In this document: positions 9,601 through 21,031 of the stretch, piece by piece
Layout: every line of letters starts with the position of its first letter
Position numbering within the stretch: position 1 is the stretch's first letter
NCBI GenBank assembly: GCA_024277055.1
Contig: JAJRVZ010000080.1
Location: 1 to 46,726, forward strand
DNA: 46,726 nt
Source of the DNA: Calditrichota bacterium
GTDB lineage: Bacteria; Calditrichota; Calditrichia; JAJRVZ01
Direction of reading: 5' to 3'
Translations under genes and position numbers: made by a program
The notes under the pieces: generated by a model
Database searches by the model: none
What the model saw: the letters and a program-made list of their open reading frames with translations, nothing else
Told to the model about the DNA's origin: nothing

Positions 9601-10956
9601 ATCGATATTTCTGGTTTGCCTGTACCGGACCAGTTTGTTTTTATCAGGATAGAAACGATGCAACCCTTCATTTCCCGCAATGAAAAGAACCGAGCCGTCC
9701 CGGCTCAGGGTTACGGCTTGTACACTTAATTTTTTACCGGAATTAGTTAAGCGGATATCGTTTATTTTAAGATTTCCTTCTTTCCACGTTACCCTGTGCA
9801 ACCCCTTCTCCGTCCCGATCCAGTAGTCTTGTCCTTTGCCCTGTTCGAGCGCCCAGACTACATTACTCGGCAACCCCGCCTCTTCGTCGACAATGGAAAA
9901 ATACTGACCCAGATATTGAAACAGACCCCCTCCGTCAGTCCCGATCCATACCGACCCCTCATTATCCTCCACCAGAGAAAGGACATCATTTTCGATTAAA
10001 CCGTTTCGCTTATTTAACACATTGATTTTCGGAACGGGCTCCGGGTCATAAATTATAATTCCCTTCGACTCAGTGGCAATCCAAAGCCGGTTCGTGTTGT
10101 CCTGCATCAGTTTTATGATAAACAGGTCGTTGTCAGTTCCGGCAAATTTCATCCGCGTAAACCGGTATTTCCGTTCAAGGATATCTTTGATTGAACATGA
10201 ATATACCCCGTCTCCGTAAGTTCCGATCAATAATTTTCCGGAATCGGTTTTCAATATTGAACTTATAGCCAGGTCGGGCAAACCATCCCGTTCCGGGATC
10301 AGATGAAAAATGTAATCACCGGAACCCCTTAACGTAAAATCGACAAGACCGGTATCAGTGGCAACCAGGAATCTGTCGGCGGCAATCTGAAAAATTTCGA
10401 AAACGGAAGTCGCCGGCAGGCCGTTGTCGGCGGAAATTGTAGTCCACTCCTCCCCGTCTACCAGAACTACTCCGTTATCGATGGTTGCGATCCAAATCCT
10501 GCTCTGATCATCTTCATATATATGAGAAATCATGGAATGTTTTATGTGTTCGGGTAAGATCAGGTGTTTCAATTTTCCCGTTTTATGATTCAAAACGGAT
10601 ATGTGTCCGTGATAGTGGCCGAACCAGATATCTCCGTTTCTGCGCTGCATAATCGTACGAACAAAATTTTCCGCCAGACCATCATGACGGTAAAAATTCC
10701 GGAATTCCCTGCCATCGAAGCGGGAAAGACCGTCGTAGGTCCCAATCCACAAATATCCGTCACGATCCTGAAAAATCGCGGAAATCTGGGACTGCGGCAA
10801 TCCGTCCTGTACGGAAAAATTGCGTATGGTATAACGCTGTGCATATACTGAGACTGAAAAAAGAATCAGTATATAAGTGGGCAGTAAGAATTTATTCAGT
10901 GTTTTAAGACAATTCCGAACCATCAAATCCAAAACCAGTGAATTTATTAATTGCAC
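6604..10956 (-). CDS. hybrid sensor histidine kinase/response regulator with periplasmic beta-propeller (Reg_prop/Y_Y_Y) sensor
   Basis: N-terminal signal/TM segment followed by repeated ...DGLP/GL..N.V..I..D..G.IW.GT... propeller blades. A TM helix (WFMPMMILFLFFVTYLFIIW) and PAS modules follow. The H-box is HDFNNILTGIIG, then an HATPase region (GGTVHI..., GSGLGLA) and a C-terminal receiver (ILVMDDDD...DLVILDLTIPG...SKPY). The likely true start is the ATG at 10923. Confidence 0.9.
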   Translation of the reverse strand: MQLINSLVLDLMVRNCLKTLNKFLLPTYILILFSVSVYAQRYTIRNFSVQDGLPQSQISAIFQDRDGYLWIGTYDGLSRFDGREFRNFYRHDGLAENFVRTIMQRRNGDIWFGHYHGHISVLNHKTGKLKHLILPEHIKHSMISHIYEDDQSRIWIATIDNGVVLVDGEEWTTISADNGLPATSVFEIFQIAADRFLVATDTGLVDFTLRGSGDYIFHLIPERDGLPDLAISSILKTDSGKLLIGTYGDGVYSCSIKDILERKYRFTRMKFAGTDNDLFIIKLMQDNTNRLWIATESKGIIIYDPEPVPKINVLNKRNGLIENDVLSLVEDNEGSVWIGTDGGGLFQYLGQYFSIVDEEAGLPSNVVWALEQGKGQDYWIGTEKGLHRVTWKEGNLKINDIRLTNSGKKLSVQAVTLSRDGSVLFIAGNEGLHRFYPDKNKLVRYRQTRNIDAFYVTEERNGNIWLATYGNGAWLLNSAGEKIKKYEKADGLNGRYIYSVLIDRQNNKWFSCEDEGLVKFDGKKFSTIELPGGVSRYSAQCIAEDVAGNIWFGTENYGAYRVSPDSIERFGTSNGLNSDNIVSIAFDKFNHAWFGTYHGVDKMDLTTKTVQHFSGADGFLPVEANQNAVLSDREGNIFFGTIGGIVKIKPDELKQFNVPPKLALEKISLFFSDIPFQMRHKFKYNENYFTFKFTGISLRNSNNVVYSYRLTGLNDEWFPDTRERMATFANLPPGEYTFMVRARFAGSKWGTQIPAYDFVILAPFWKQSWFMPMMILFLFFVTYLFIIWRLRKIEKDNLRLEKKVTERTEELENEKRLTEKAYRAMQVSEKKYRLLMEQLPLAVIIHVDRKVVFCNRTAVSLFAAERQSDLIGKTLNDLTHPEHHAQMNQRVGLLYQYHEKVQLREIVLKRLNGEHFYAEVSGVPIEFEGKVAGQAVIHDVTERKKWENRLLQEKERMAVTLASIEDGVITTDSNNRIVLINDAALTLIEKTREECVGLELKEVLRVQSPSGPADPFAPVLEEYSVAVNKDQLYIEKTDSRHINVEMSSAPLYNEYGRIAGHVIVIRDITEKLQIEYELIKSQKLESVGLLAGGIAHDFNNILTGIIGNLSLAKIYLNKNEKSYQIIEKAENAGLRARDLTQQLLTFSKGGAPVRKTASIYNVVKDSSEFVLSGSHVQGKIGRSDNLWNVDIDVGQISQVVQNLIINAVQAMPDGGTVHIDLTNKELETRSHHSLKPGKYVCISIRDEGIGIPKEHLTRIFDPYFTTKQEGSGLGLATAFSIIDKHGGLIETRSKLGKGTTFTIWLPASKGRIEQESGNNGKLERGTGKILVMDDDDTICGLASQILTHLGYEVSITHNGKDALERYEQALLAGNRFDLVILDLTIPGGMGGCETVSKLQELDPKVKAIVSSGYSNDPVLSDYQSFGFVDVLSKPYRIESMSAVVSKQISE

Positions 10957-11011
10957 GTTCCTGAATTTTCGGCTTAAAAACCGTATTATTTAAAGAATTG
11001 TGTGGTGTTCA

Positions 11012-11046
11012 GAAATAAAAAAATGCCCCACGGAAGGGGCATTTTA
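11012..11046 (-). terminator. rho-independent terminator of ahcY
   Basis: The minus-strand RNA forms AAUGCCCC-UUCCGU-GGGGCAUU followed by UUUUUAUUU, 24 nt after the ahcY stop. Confidence 0.85.
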
Positions 11047-11069
11047 AAAAGATTACGATAATTTGAGTA

Positions 11070-13570
<2,501 letters not shown>

Positions 13571-13667
13571 TGCCTTTTCCTATATACAATTCAACGGTAA
13601 AAATCTTTTGCAAACGGCGGGAAGGTACTTATTTTTTTTGAATACGGTCAAATAAGTTAAACTCATT

Positions 13668-13691
13668 GACGGTGGACGAATGCATTGTTCA
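13668..13691 (-). promoter_or_regulatory. candidate ECF-type promoter (TGAAC-N15-CGTC) upstream of the sigma-methyltransferase gene
   Basis: The minus strand reads TGAACaatgcattcgtccacCGTC, about 100 nt upstream of the ATG at 13570. It resembles AAC/CGT ECF promoters but the spacer is 1-2 nt short. This is a motif match only. Confidence 0.2.
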
Positions 13692-13764
13692 ATCGATACT
13701 GTCGGGCGCTAACCGGATTGAATCATTACCTGATGTCTGAAGCATGAAATAACAACAAATAAGC

Positions 13765-14742
13765 TTACAGGATCGGACCGAGTCGCAAATGGAACGAAAT
13801 ACGATGTACGTTTCCCAGCTCCTGATCGAAATTGGTATAGGAATAATTAACCGCAAGTTTTGACACCGCCAGTCCCACGCCGCCGTTAAATCGTTCCAGG
13901 TCATCATAGCCCAACCGCAGATATACCGTGTTTTTAAATCCGATTTCCATTCCCCAGTTGGTATCCATGCTCACCGGACCCACATTTAACTGAGCCGCTT
14001 CCTCCCTGTTATCCAGCAAAACGGACAGATCAACCGCAGGCTGAAAATACAACCCGATGTCCTCCAGCGCATAACGATAACTGAGTCCCGGACGAACCGA
14101 CGGCGTTATCAGTTCTTTTTCACCGCTGCTCCACGCAATCAGTGTGCTGGTTACATCACGCAGCACCAGGCCCGCCATCAGATTTTTCGTCAATTTATAC
14201 TGAACGCCGACATCAAAACCCAGCCCGAGTGCCGATTCGGTGTAAAAATCACGGTAAAGCAATTTCACATTTAAACCGTAAGCAAGGTCATCGTCGTAGT
14301 CGTGTGCAAAGGATAACAGAAAAACATAATCGGATGTATTAAAATATTTAATTTTTGAAAAATCAATGCCGTCCACAATGGTCTCACCACGCAGGGCGTC
14401 ACGGCTGTCTTTGATGTCATTAACCCCCAGACGCACCAGCGAAAACCCCAGGGTTGAACCGTCCTCGAATTTCTGCGAAGCCGCAAGATAGTCGTATTGG
14501 ATTGAAGCAACAAATTGTTTGGCATGCATGAAAAGGGCCTGAAAGCCCTCCGCCTGTGTCAGGCCGGCAGGATTCCACAGCCCGGCGGTTACGTCATTGG
14601 CCACTGCAACATAGGCTCCCCCCATGCCCAGCGCCCGGCTGCCCGCACCACTGTAAAGATATTCACCGGCATATTTTTTGAAACCGCCGGCATACAGCTG
14701 ACACATTCCCAGCAAAAGAGTAAACAGAAGGATTTTTTTCAT
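13765..14742 (-). CDS. outer-membrane beta-barrel protein, PorV/PorQ-family-like (putative)
   Basis: Signal peptide MKKILLFTLLLGMCQLYA. The N-terminal string GSRALGMGGAYVAVANDVTAGLWNPAGL is typical of this barrel family, and the remainder has an alternating beta-strand pattern. I prefer the ATG at 14742 over the GTG at 14751. Confidence 0.6.
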   Translation of the reverse strand: MKKILLFTLLLGMCQLYAGGFKKYAGEYLYSGAGSRALGMGGAYVAVANDVTAGLWNPAGLTQAEGFQALFMHAKQFVASIQYDYLAASQKFEDGSTLGFSLVRLGVNDIKDSRDALRGETIVDGIDFSKIKYFNTSDYVFLLSFAHDYDDDLAYGLNVKLLYRDFYTESALGLGFDVGVQYKLTKNLMAGLVLRDVTSTLIAWSSGEKELITPSVRPGLSYRYALEDIGLYFQPAVDLSVLLDNREEAAQLNVGPVSMDTNWGMEIGFKNTVYLRLGYDDLERFNGGVGLAVSKLAVNYSYTNFDQELGNVHRISFHLRLGPIL

Positions 14743-14757
14743 AGTACACACCTTTTT

Positions 14758-15360
14758 TCAAATGATCGCCCAGATCAGCAAGCCGCTGCCGACAGGAACC
14801 AGTAAATTGTCGTTGACAGGAACGGGCGCAGCTTCCAGAAAGGCGCTGATCACGGCAATCAATACCAGATAAGGCAATCCGACAGCCGGTAAAAATATAA
14901 CAAGTATCAGGAAGGCAACCAAAAAAAAGGTAACCGTTCCGAAAACCGTTTTTTCGAACAGCGCTTTTTTACCGAAAGATTTACCGCCAACCGCCGCCAG
15001 GGAATCAGCCAGTGTCAGCATCAGCATGGCCGGAACAGCAACCGTTCTTTCAAAAATCAGCACGGTGAAAAACAGTGACAGGAACAACCAGGTTGCTCCC
15101 GTTATTTTCCGGTCGATCTCCGGTTCTCTCAGCAACGGTAAAAATACGCTTCTAAACAACCTCCGGAACGTTTCAGTTTTAAAACGAAGTATTTCCGCGA
15201 GCAGGAAAAACAATGCTATCAAACCCGAAAGCCACAGCATTTGTTCCCGTTGGGGGAAGTAAAAATAAAGCAAGGGAAAAACACTGCAGGCAAGATGAAT
15301 GGCCTTTCGTTGCAGTTCGGCCAGCGCATGTAAACGATCGGAATCGCCCACATCAACCAA
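14758..15360 (-). CDS. polytopic membrane protein, dolichol/phytol (polyprenol) kinase-like CTP-transferase family (putative)
   Basis: 200 aa with about six hydrophobic helices. The N-terminal ELQRKAIH and the C-terminal acidic/Asn segment (PVPVNDNLLVP) resemble the DolK/phytol-kinase family. The TTG start is uncertain. Confidence 0.5.
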   Translation of the reverse strand: MVDVGDSDRLHALAELQRKAIHLACSVFPLLYFYFPQREQMLWLSGLIALFFLLAEILRFKTETFRRLFRSVFLPLLREPEIDRKITGATWLFLSLFFTVLIFERTVAVPAMLMLTLADSLAAVGGKSFGKKALFEKTVFGTVTFFLVAFLILVIFLPAVGLPYLVLIAVISAFLEAAPVPVNDNLLVPVGSGLLIWAII

Positions 15361-16018
15361 CCGGGATATGCTTCATTTCCCGGCAGGCCGCAGAGATGTC
15401 CGATTGGCCGAAAACCGCATTGCCGGCAACGAGAACTTCGGCTCCTGCTGATAACACCTGTTTGCCTGTTTCTTCATTGATGCCGCCGTCCACTTCTATC
15501 AGGAATGAGTAATTTTTTTCCTTTTTTATTCGTGCCAGCCGCCCGATCTTGTCAACAACCTCCGGAATAAACTGCTGACCGCCGAAACCCGGGTTTACGG
15601 ACATGATCAGCACAAGGTCTGCGAACGGCAGGGCCGGTATGATCGTTTCCAGCGCCGTTGCCGGATTGATGGTCACGCCGGCCTTTGCACCTTCATTTTT
15701 TATCACCTGCATCGTACGGTGCAGGTGAACACAGGCTTCCTGGTGCACGGTTATATAATCCGCTCCCGCTGTTGTAAATTCGGCAATATAGCGCTCCGGC
15801 GATTCGATCATCAAATGTACATCCAGCGGTAGACCGGTGATATTTTTCAGAGCCCTGACCATGAACGGTCCGAAAGTAATATTGGGAACGAAATGACCGT
15901 CCATAACATCAACATGTATCCAGTCCGCACCGTTTTTTTCCACGATGCCGACCTGCTCTTTTAATTTCAGAACATCGGCCGATAAAACAGAGGGTGCCAG
16001 AAGGTAATCAGCGGACAT
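15353..16018 (-). CDS. rpe: ribulose-phosphate 3-epimerase
   Basis: Contains APSVLSADVLKL, HVDVMDGHFVPNITFGP, DVHLM and VNPGFGGQ. The start is trimmed to the ATG at 16018, which removes the overlap with the upstream PASTA gene. Confidence 0.93.
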   Translation of the reverse strand: MSADYLLAPSVLSADVLKLKEQVGIVEKNGADWIHVDVMDGHFVPNITFGPFMVRALKNITGLPLDVHLMIESPERYIAEFTTAGADYITVHQEACVHLHRTMQVIKNEGAKAGVTINPATALETIIPALPFADLVLIMSVNPGFGGQQFIPEVVDKIGRLARIKKEKNYSFLIEVDGGINEETGKQVLSAGAEVLVAGNAVFGQSDISAACREMKHIPVG

Positions 16019-16064
16019 GGTATCCTTTCTTTTCGAATCGGTGCTGTGGTTCGGAACGACTGAA

Positions 16065-16832
16065 TTAATATCCTTCGGATTCGGGAACGGGCTCTTTGCT
16101 GACCACGAGATCAATCACTTCGCCGTCTGCCGGCTCATGTCCCGCGGGCAGGGACTGGCCCAGCACCGTTTCCGGAAGTATGTTATCCCGTTCTTCGAAA
16201 GTTATTTCACCTATAGGTATTTTCAGTATTTTCAATTTTTCTTTTGCCGCTTGCAGGCTTTTACCGACGAGTGCTGGCACTGTAATTTTTTCCTGCATCT
16301 TACCCAGACTGATGGTTATATCGATGGCCTGCCCCGATTTGACTTCCTGTCCCTGCGGATAAGACTGGCCGATTACAATTCCTTCGGGATAAATATCAGA
16401 ATAGGCATATATCTTTGAATTCAGTTTTAAATTATAGGATTTTAAAATTAATTCTGCATCGCGCGGGGACAATCCAAACAATTTCGGCATGATGATTGGT
16501 TTTTCACCGATGGAAACCGTGAGATACACCCGGCGCCCTTCTTTGACCGTCGCATAGGGATACGGATTCTGATCGATTACCGTTCCGACCGGTTGGTTGG
16601 CATCGTAGAGCGAATCCTGAATGATTACATTGAACCCTCTCTGCTGCAAAAGTTGTTGCGCTTCCTGCACATTCATTTCGATGACGTCAGGCAATTCAAT
16701 TTCATCGCCGAGTTTTACATAAAGCGGCATGACTACCTGATCCATTAAACCGGCAAATATGATCATTCCCACAAAAAAAACGACCGGTTGAAAAAGCCAC
16801 GATTGTTTAAACCTTTCCCATTTGCCTGCCAT
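16065..16832 (-). CDS. membrane-anchored stand-alone PASTA-domain protein (3 PASTA repeats)
   Basis: An N-terminal TM helix (VVFFVGMIIFAGL) is followed by three repeats of about 65 aa of the form LPDV.....EA...L...G.........G.V..Q.P.....V..G..V.L..S.G. There is no kinase or transpeptidase domain. Confidence 0.85.
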   Translation of the reverse strand: MAGKWERFKQSWLFQPVVFFVGMIIFAGLMDQVVMPLYVKLGDEIELPDVIEMNVQEAQQLLQQRGFNVIIQDSLYDANQPVGTVIDQNPYPYATVKEGRRVYLTVSIGEKPIIMPKLFGLSPRDAELILKSYNLKLNSKIYAYSDIYPEGIVIGQSYPQGQEVKSGQAIDITISLGKMQEKITVPALVGKSLQAAKEKLKILKIPIGEITFEERDNILPETVLGQSLPAGHEPADGEVIDLVVSKEPVPESEGY

Positions 16833-16857
16833 CTCTTTTCTTCTCCGTTACTCTCGG

Positions 16858-17298
16858 TTATTTCGATTCAACAATAATGGTTACGGGTCCCGCATTTACC
16901 AGTGATACATTCATCATGGCACCAAAGATACCTTTTTCCACATGAACGCCGCTGCGTTCCACACAATCGATAAAGTATTCGTACAATTGTTTCCCCTTTT
17001 CCGGATCGGCCGCCCTGATAAAACTGGGACGCCGGCCTTTCCGGGTATCTCCCAGAAGTGTAAACTGCGAAACGGCCAGCACCTCCCCGCCCACATCCAG
17101 CAGCGAGCGGTTCATTTTATCCTCATCATCGGGAAATATACGCAGATTTACACATTTATCGGCAACAAATTCCACATCGGCACCGGTATCTTCGTTTGCA
17201 ACTCCAATCAGAAGCAGGAGACCGTAGCCGATTTTTCCAACCGTTTTGCCGTCCACTTCAACGGCTGCCTGTGAAACCCTCTGCAGAACCACCTTCAC
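16858..17298 (-). CDS. dtd: D-aminoacyl-tRNA deacylase
   Basis: 146 aa reading MKVVLQRVS...GLLLLIGV...[17 protein letters not shown]...NAGPVTI, the canonical Dtd pattern. The GTG start overlaps the dnaE stop (GTGA). Confidence 0.93.
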   Translation of the reverse strand: MKVVLQRVSQAAVEVDGKTVGKIGYGLLLLIGVANEDTGADVEFVADKCVNLRIFPDDEDKMNRSLLDVGGEVLAVSQFTLLGDTRKGRRPSFIRAADPEKGKQLYEYFIDCVERSGVHVEKGIFGAMMNVSLVNAGPVTIIVESK

Positions 17299-20200
17299 CG
17301 TTCGCGAACCTTCACCTTAATATTTTCGAGCGTCAAGATCTTCTCGAGTTCGTTGATCAGGCCGGCATCCACCTGCACCCGAACCGTCTTCGAGACCATC
17401 CGCACGTCTTCGCTTCCGTTGGTTTTAACGTTTACAAAAATCGGCAGTTTGCCGGGGTGGGTGATCAGCAGGTTTTTAAGATAGGTAATATTTTCCTCTG
17501 TAAGCCGGTCTTTTTCGATACGCAAATGCAGGGACTCGGTCAGCCGGGAAGGTGCTTTTTCCAATTCATAAGCCTCTTCGCAAATTATTTTCGGTACCGG
17601 GTCGGCGGAGTCGGAATTAAGTCGGCCGCGTAACAGCACAATGGCATCTGCCTGGAGAACACTTTCCAGCTGGGGATAGACGGACCCGAAAACCACCGCC
17701 TCGTATGTGCGCTCAAAATCCTCCAGTTTTATAAATGCCATTTTGTTTTGTTTACGATCGTACATGGTACGGATTTCAGTGATCATTCCGCAAAGATTAA
17801 CCCAGCGGTTTTCAAGACTTCCATTACCGTTCAGGCGCTCGATGGGAGTGCGGTACAAAGTTACCAGGGCGGCGAATTTCTGTAACGGATGACCGGTTAC
17901 ATACATGCCGATCAGTTCCTTTTCTTTCTTAAGTTTCTCCTGCGGCGACCAGTCCGGCACCTCCGGTAATGACGGATAGGTTATCATTTCATCATCCGAA
18001 CCGGCAAATTCAAATAATGATTTCTGCCCGGCGTTGCGTTTTTTTCTTTCGTGATAACTTTGTGCAAATTCTATTGCCGGCTCGATGGCACTGAACAACT
18101 GTGCCCTGCTACCCTCGAGGGAGTCCAGTGCACCACATTGTGCCAGACTTTCCAGAACTTTTTTATTCACCTGCCCGGGATCGACAGTTTGCATCAGCTG
18201 AAAAATGGTTTCATATTTGCCGACTTTTTCCCTGCCTTTCACGATCGACTCGATGGCGCCGGTACCTACATTTTTAATGGCGGCCATCCCGAAGGCAATA
18301 CGCTTATCATCAATCGGTTCAAAACGTGCCTTACTGTGATTCACATCGGGCGGCACCACTTCCAGCCCCATGCGCCGGCAATCATTCATCAGCAGCTGTA
18401 CCCTGTTGGCGTCATTTACTTCGGAGGTAAGGTTGGCGGCCATGAATTCCGCCGGATAGTGCGCTTTCAGATAGGCGGTTTGATAGGCGATCAGCGCATA
18501 GGCCGCTGAATGGGATTTATTGAAGCCGTACTGGGCGAATTTTTCAATCATATCCGCCACCTCATTCGCAACCTTTTTGTCGATGCCGTTTTTCAGGCAG
18601 CCGCCTACAAACTTTTCCTTCTGAGCCACCATTTCTTCAACTTTTTTCTTGCCCATGATGCGACGCATCGTATCCGCTTCGGACATGGTAAAACCCGCCA
18701 GGTCAGACGATATGCGCATAACCTGTTCCTGGTAAACAATGATGCCGTAGGTTTCTTCGAGAATCGGTTTCAGTTTTTCGTGCGGATAGATAATTTCCTT
18801 TTTACCCTTTTTGCGGTCGATAAAATCATCGATAAACTTCATCGGCCCGGGACGATACAGGGCATTCATGGCTATCAGGTCTTCGACTCGCGTAGGCTGT
18901 AATTTTCTCAGGTATTCCTGCATACCGGAACTTTCAAACTGGAAAACACCAACCGTATGCCCCTCGCTGAACAGTTTGAAAGTGGCGGAGTCATCCTGCG
19001 GTATTTTTTCGATGGAAAAATTCCTGTCATGCCGGGCGCGGATCATTTCCTCACTGTTATGAATCACGGTCAGATTGCGCAGACCGAGAAAATCCATTTT
19101 CAGCAGGCCGATTTTCTCGCACCAGCCCATCGTCCACTGGGTGGCAATTTCCTTTTCTGACGTCATGTAAAGCGGGGCGTAGTTGGTAATATCATCCGGG
19201 GCGATGATAATTCCCGCCGCATGAATCGATGTGTGACGCGGCTGACCTTCAAGCGTTTGCGAATATTCCGTCAGCTCTTTCAGACTGGAGTCTTCCGACT
19301 CGGCGATCTCTTTCAATTCCGGCACTTTTTTGAAGGCCTTTTCGAGTGCCATCGGTTTGGCGCCGACATTGGGTATCTGTTTGGCAATGGCGTCGCACTT
19401 CGCCAGCGGCACCTTGATTACACGTCCCACATCGCGTATCACACTTTTTGGTCCCATCGTGCCGAAAGTAATGATCTGCGCCACGTTTTTACGACCGTAT
19501 TTGTCGCGTACATATTCGATTACCTGATCTCTCCGCTCATAGCAGAAATCGATATCGATATCCGGCATGGATATTCGATCGGGATTGAGAAAACGTTCGA
19601 ACAACAGACCGTATCTCAGCGGATCGACATTCGTTATGCCGAGGGTGTAAGCGACAAGACTGCCGGCGGCGGAACCGCGTCCCAGTCCCACCGGAATATC
19701 CCTTTCCCGCGCCGCATTGATAAAATCCTGTACGATGAGGAAATAGCCGGCGAATCCCATCTTATTAATGACGCCGAGTTCGTATTCAAGCCGCCCGATC
19801 ATTTCCTTTGTTATATTGCCGTATTTTTTCTCCAGACCTTTGCGCGAAAGTTTTTCCAGATATTCGTATTCACTGATATTTCCTTCCGAGGCGGGTATCG
19901 GAAACTTGGGCAACAGGTGACCACCGAAGGAAATATCAAGATTTATTTTTTCTGCGATTTCCAGTGTTCTTTCGAGTACATCCGGTTTGTCTTTAAAAAG
20001 AGCGAACATTTCTTCCGCGCTTTTCATGTATAATTCCTGCGTATTATAACGCAGACGGTTCGGATCGTCCCTGTCTTTTCCGGTTTGCAGGCACAGCAGG
20101 ACGTCATGCGCCATGTGATCTTTTTTATAGAGGTAGTGTACATCATTGGTTGCAACCACCGGTACCCCCATCTCCCGTGCCAGTTCGTATATATGCGGGT

Positions 20201-20756
20201 ACGTCGCATGCTCTTCGGGAATGCCGTGATCCTGAATTTCAAAATAAAAATCATCACCAAACAAATCGAGATAGTATTCTGCAATCTCGGTGGCTTCCCT
20301 TTTACGGTCGCGGCGCAGTTTGTAGGCGATTTCACCCTTCATGCAGGCGGAAAGTACGATCAAACCCTCCGAGTGTTCCCGAAGCAACTGTCGGTCGATT
20401 CGCGGTTTGTAATAAAACCCTTCCAGATAGGAAGCGGAGGTCAGTTTGATCAGGTTGCGGTATCCGGTTTCATTCTTTGCCAGTAAAACCAGGTGGTAGG
20501 AATGGGATTCCCCCTCCATTTGCCTGTGATACTTGCGGTCCCCCGGCGCCACATAAGCTTCACAGCCAATAATCGGCTTAATGCCTGCTTTTTTTGCAGC
20601 GGTATAAAACTCCAGCGAACCGAACATATTACCGTGATCGGTAATAGCCAGAGCGGGCATGTTCAGACGAACCGCTTCCCGGATCATTTTGGTAATGTTT
20701 CCGGCTCCGTCCAGCAGGCTGTAACTGGTATGGCTGTGTAAGTGTACGAATGACAT
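17295..20756 (-). CDS. dnaE: DNA polymerase III alpha subunit
   Basis: 1153 aa with PHP domain [15 protein letters not shown], a polymerase core ([21 protein letters not shown]), an HhH segment and an OB-fold tail. Confidence 0.97.
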   Translation of the reverse strand: MSFVHLHSHTSYSLLDGAGNITKMIREAVRLNMPALAITDHGNMFGSLEFYTAAKKAGIKPIIGCEAYVAPGDRKYHRQMEGESHSYHLVLLAKNETGYRNLIKLTSASYLEGFYYKPRIDRQLLREHSEGLIVLSACMKGEIAYKLRRDRKREATEIAEYYLDLFGDDFYFEIQDHGIPEEHATYPHIYELAREMGVPVVATNDVHYLYKKDHMAHDVLLCLQTGKDRDDPNRLRYNTQELYMKSAEEMFALFKDKPDVLERTLEIAEKINLDISFGGHLLPKFPIPASEGNISEYEYLEKLSRKGLEKKYGNITKEMIGRLEYELGVINKMGFAGYFLIVQDFINAARERDIPVGLGRGSAAGSLVAYTLGITNVDPLRYGLLFERFLNPDRISMPDIDIDFCYERRDQVIEYVRDKYGRKNVAQIITFGTMGPKSVIRDVGRVIKVPLAKCDAIAKQIPNVGAKPMALEKAFKKVPELKEIAESEDSSLKELTEYSQTLEGQPRHTSIHAAGIIIAPDDITNYAPLYMTSEKEIATQWTMGWCEKIGLLKMDFLGLRNLTVIHNSEEMIRARHDRNFSIEKIPQDDSATFKLFSEGHTVGVFQFESSGMQEYLRKLQPTRVEDLIAMNALYRPGPMKFIDDFIDRKKGKKEIIYPHEKLKPILEETYGIIVYQEQVMRISSDLAGFTMSEADTMRRIMGKKKVEEMVAQKEKFVGGCLKNGIDKKVANEVADMIEKFAQYGFNKSHSAAYALIAYQTAYLKAHYPAEFMAANLTSEVNDANRVQLLMNDCRRMGLEVVPPDVNHSKARFEPIDDKRIAFGMAAIKNVGTGAIESIVKGREKVGKYETIFQLMQTVDPGQVNKKVLESLAQCGALDSLEGSRAQLFSAIEPAIEFAQSYHERKKRNAGQKSLFEFAGSDDEMITYPSLPEVPDWSPQEKLKKEKELIGMYVTGHPLQKFAALVTLYRTPIERLNGNGSLENRWVNLCGMITEIRTMYDRKQNKMAFIKLEDFERTYEAVVFGSVYPQLESVLQADAIVLLRGRLNSDSADPVPKIICEEAYELEKAPSRLTESLHLRIEKDRLTEENITYLKNLLITHPGKLPIFVNVKTNGSEDVRMVSKTVRVQVDAGLINELEKILTLENIKVKVRER

Positions 20757-20906
20757 AGTACCTGTTCTTTTCCTGAAATGCTTTTCCTTTAAAACGGGTT
20801 AGCAGTGAAACGAATTCCTGACAGCATCATCATTGTAATGCAGTTATAAGTTATTAATTTCCATACTTTTAAAAAGGGAAATACGTTTACCGTCTGCCCG
20901 CATTCA

Positions 20907-20935
20907 AATTTAATGTTCCGCCCTTTTATTGTCAA
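20907..20935 (-). promoter_or_regulatory. candidate sigma-70-type promoter for dnaE
   Basis: The minus strand reads TTGACA-N17-TAAATT, about 150 nt upstream of the dnaE ATG. This is a motif match only. Confidence 0.4.
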
Positions 20936-21031
20936 AAATTTTGATTGTGCTTTTCAAAAATCAAACCATTTTGTATCTTTGCGCCTTACGATTAACGGAA
21001 AATTACTAACCCCATTCATTTGAGGTACAAA

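Noticed and set aside
15353-16114. N-terminal extensions in the ORF track for rpe (to 16114), hemH (to 36101), hemA (to 41559), hemX (to 42409), sufT (to 44346), the PorV-like gene (to 14751) and the DUF1015 gene (from 21020).
   Set aside because: The extensions overlap the preceding gene or add non-homologous residues. Internal ATGs give N-termini that match the family consensus and remove the overlaps.
20974-20981. Bacteroidetes-type -7 promoter element TAnnTTTG (TATCTTTG) upstream of the DUF1015 gene.
   Set aside because: No TTG -33 element lies at the expected ~19-nt distance. Other genes in the window show classical TTGACA/TATAAT-like promoters and strong Shine-Dalgarno sites, so a Bacteroidetes-type promoter is not supported.
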